This document shows positions 30,438-32,000 of a stretch of 32,000 nucleotides of DNA, piece by piece; the stretch's first letter is position 1; the number at the start of each line of letters is the position of its first letter. Location of the stretch: the NCBI RefSeq assembly GCF_023585785.1, contig NZ_CP097765.1, positions 510,001-542,000 on the forward strand, written 5' to 3'. Below the pieces are notes generated by a model, which saw only the letters and a list, made by a program, of their open reading frames with translations, did not search any database and was not told where the DNA came from. This DNA comes from Blochmannia endosymbiont of Camponotus modoc (GTDB lineage: Bacteria; Pseudomonadota; Gammaproteobacteria; Enterobacterales; Enterobacteriaceae). The position numbers were made by a program, and so were the translations under genes.

Positions 30438-32000
30438 GTAATTATATCGTGGAAAAAATATATAATCCTAAAAATATAGAAGAACCAATTTATAAATTTT
30501 GGGAAAATGGAGGCTACTTTAGTCCCCATGGAAATACATCTCAGGAAAGTTATTGCATTATGATGCCTCCGCCTAATATTACAGGACAATTACATCTAGG
30601 GCATGCATTTCAACAAACTATTATGGATGTTTTGATTCGTTATCAAAGAATGCAAGGTAAGAATACTTTATGGCAAACAGGAACAGATCATGCTGGAATT
30701 GCCGCGCAAATGCTAGTGGAACATAAAATTTATAATAATACAGGTAAAACTAGAAATGATTACACAAAAGATGAATTAATAAAAAATATTTGGGCATGGA
30801 AAAGTCAATCTGAACAGTTTATTACTTACCAAATGAAACGATTAGGAAACTCAGTAGATTGGAAACGACAGCGTTTCACCATGGATACAGAAATGTCTTA
30901 TGCAGTAACAGAAGCTTTTATTCGTTTATATCAAAATAATTTAATTTATAGAGGAAAAAGATTAGTAAACTGGGATTATAAATTACAAACCGCAATTTCT
31001 GATCTAGAAGTTATAAATAAAAAAACAAAAGGTTCTATATGGTATATATATTATAAATTAGATAATTCTACTATCAGTTCGAATTCTAATCATTTAATTG
31101 TCGCAACAACACGACCAGAAACTATATTAGGAGATACTGCCGTTGCAGTGCATCCAGAAGATACTCGCTATAAAAATTTAATCGGACAATACGTTATCGC
31201 GCCCATAACTAATAGACGTATTCCTATTATTTCTGATAAAAATGTAGACATGTTTAAAGGAACTGGTTGTCTTAAGATCACTCCTGCTCATGATTTTAAT
31301 GATTATATTATAGGAAAAAGACACGGCTTGCCTATGATAAACATTTTTTCACTTGATGGTAAAATTCTTAAAAAAATAGAAGTATTTAACAGTTATGGAC
31401 AACTTACCGATCAATTATACTGCAACATTCCCCAAATATTCCATAATCTTGACAGTGATAATGCACGAAAAAAAATAATTTCCGAATGCAATGCACTTAA
31501 ATTGTTACATAATACAGAACCTCACGATTTAACAATTCCATATAGTGATCGCACTGGCACTATAATTGAACCCATGTTAACTGATCAGTGGTACATACGC
31601 GTTAAAAATTTAACACAACACGCGATAAACGCGGTAAATTTAAATATAATTAATTTTGTTCCGAAACAATATAAAAATATGTATTTCAGTTGGATGAACA
31701 ACCTTCAAGATTGGTGCATCTCTCGTCAAATCTGGTGGGGACATAAAATCCCTGCTTGGTATGATGATAACAACACAATATACGTAGGATACTGCGAACA
31801 AGATATCAGAATAAAAAATAAATTAAATAATGATGTAATATTACATAGAGAGAAAGATGTATTAGATACATGGTTTTCTTCAAGTCTTTGGACATTTGCT
31901 GCTTTAGGTTGGCCTAAAAATACCAATTTATTAAATGTATTTCATCCTACTGATATTATAATCAGTGGATTTGACATCATATTTTTTTGGATCGCACGAA
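30434..32000 (+). CDS. valS: Valine--tRNA ligase ValS, N-terminal ~520 aa (continues beyond the window)
   Basis: Hand translation gives [90 protein letters not shown]. The E. coli ValS counterpart is [85 protein letters not shown]. It is absent from the ORF track only because it has no stop in the window. The ATG at 30434 overlaps the holC TGA (ATGA). GTG at 30449 aligns exactly with the E. coli Met1. Confidence 0.95.
   Translation, partial: MSNYIVEKIYNPKNIEEPIYKFWENGGYFSPHGNTSQESYCIMMPPPNITGQLHLGHAFQQTIMDVLIRYQRMQGKNTLWQTGTDHAGIAAQMLVEHKIYNNTGKTRNDYTKDELIKNIWAWKSQSEQFITYQMKRLGNSVDWKRQRFTMDTEMSYAVTEAFIRLYQNNLIYRGKRLVNWDYKLQTAISDLEVINKKTKGSIWYIYYKLDNSTISSNSNHLIVATTRPETILGDTAVAVHPEDTRYKNLIGQYVIAPITNRRIPIISDKNVDMFKGTGCLKITPAHDFNDYIIGKRHGLPMINIFSLDGKILKKIEVFNSYGQLTDQLYCNIPQIFHNLDSDNARKKIISECNALKLLHNTEPHDLTIPYSDRTGTIIEPMLTDQWYIRVKNLTQHAINAVNLNIINFVPKQYKNMYFSWMNNLQDWCISRQIWWGHKIPAWYDDNNTIYVGYCEQDIRIKNKLNNDVILHREKDVLDTWFSSSLWTFAALGWPKNTNLLNVFHPTDIIISGFDIIFFWIAR

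Overview
This is a very AT-rich chromosome segment from a reduced-genome gamma-proteobacterial (Enterobacterales-derived) endosymbiont. It looks Blochmannia- or Wigglesworthia-like, but that assignment is inference from composition and gene content. I can support 26 protein genes, 2 tRNAs and RNase P RNA. Nearly all are housekeeping orthologues that I recognised by reading the translations against remembered E. coli K-12 proteins. The blocks are: folB / plsY / tsaD / rpsU-dnaG-rpoD / ileX; yqjA; rnpB; rsmI; dolP; rpsI-rplM; yhcB-degQ; murA-ibaG; lptCAB; a two-gene metal ABC importer; leuX; a LysR regulator; lptGF / pepA-holC-valS. Between these blocks lie long stretches of 0.5-2.3 kb with no ORF of 60 aa or more. 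They sit exactly where E. coli carries lpoA-yraN-diaA, mlaFEDCB-yrbG-kdsDC and rpoN-hpf-ptsN-rapZ-npr, so they look like gene-loss scars. I see no mobile elements, integrases, CRISPR arrays, toxin or defence genes, or rRNA. I do not find convincing evidence of a novel multi-gene system; this reads as an ordinary, eroded core-genome region. Six things are worth a second look. (1) dnaG has no canonical start codon upstream of its zinc finger, and an in-frame ATG-AGC-TAA mini-ORF overlaps a strong SD. (2) The metal ABC importer has no binding-protein gene, only a 33-codon signal-peptide-like stub. (3) A perfect 18-bp Zur-box-like palindrome lies in front of that importer. (4) A perfect 44-bp palindrome swallows the 3' end of a shortened yqjA. 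(5) rnpB lies directly behind rsmI. (6) An intact LysR regulator has been retained. All homology calls come from visual translation and memory, not from database searches.
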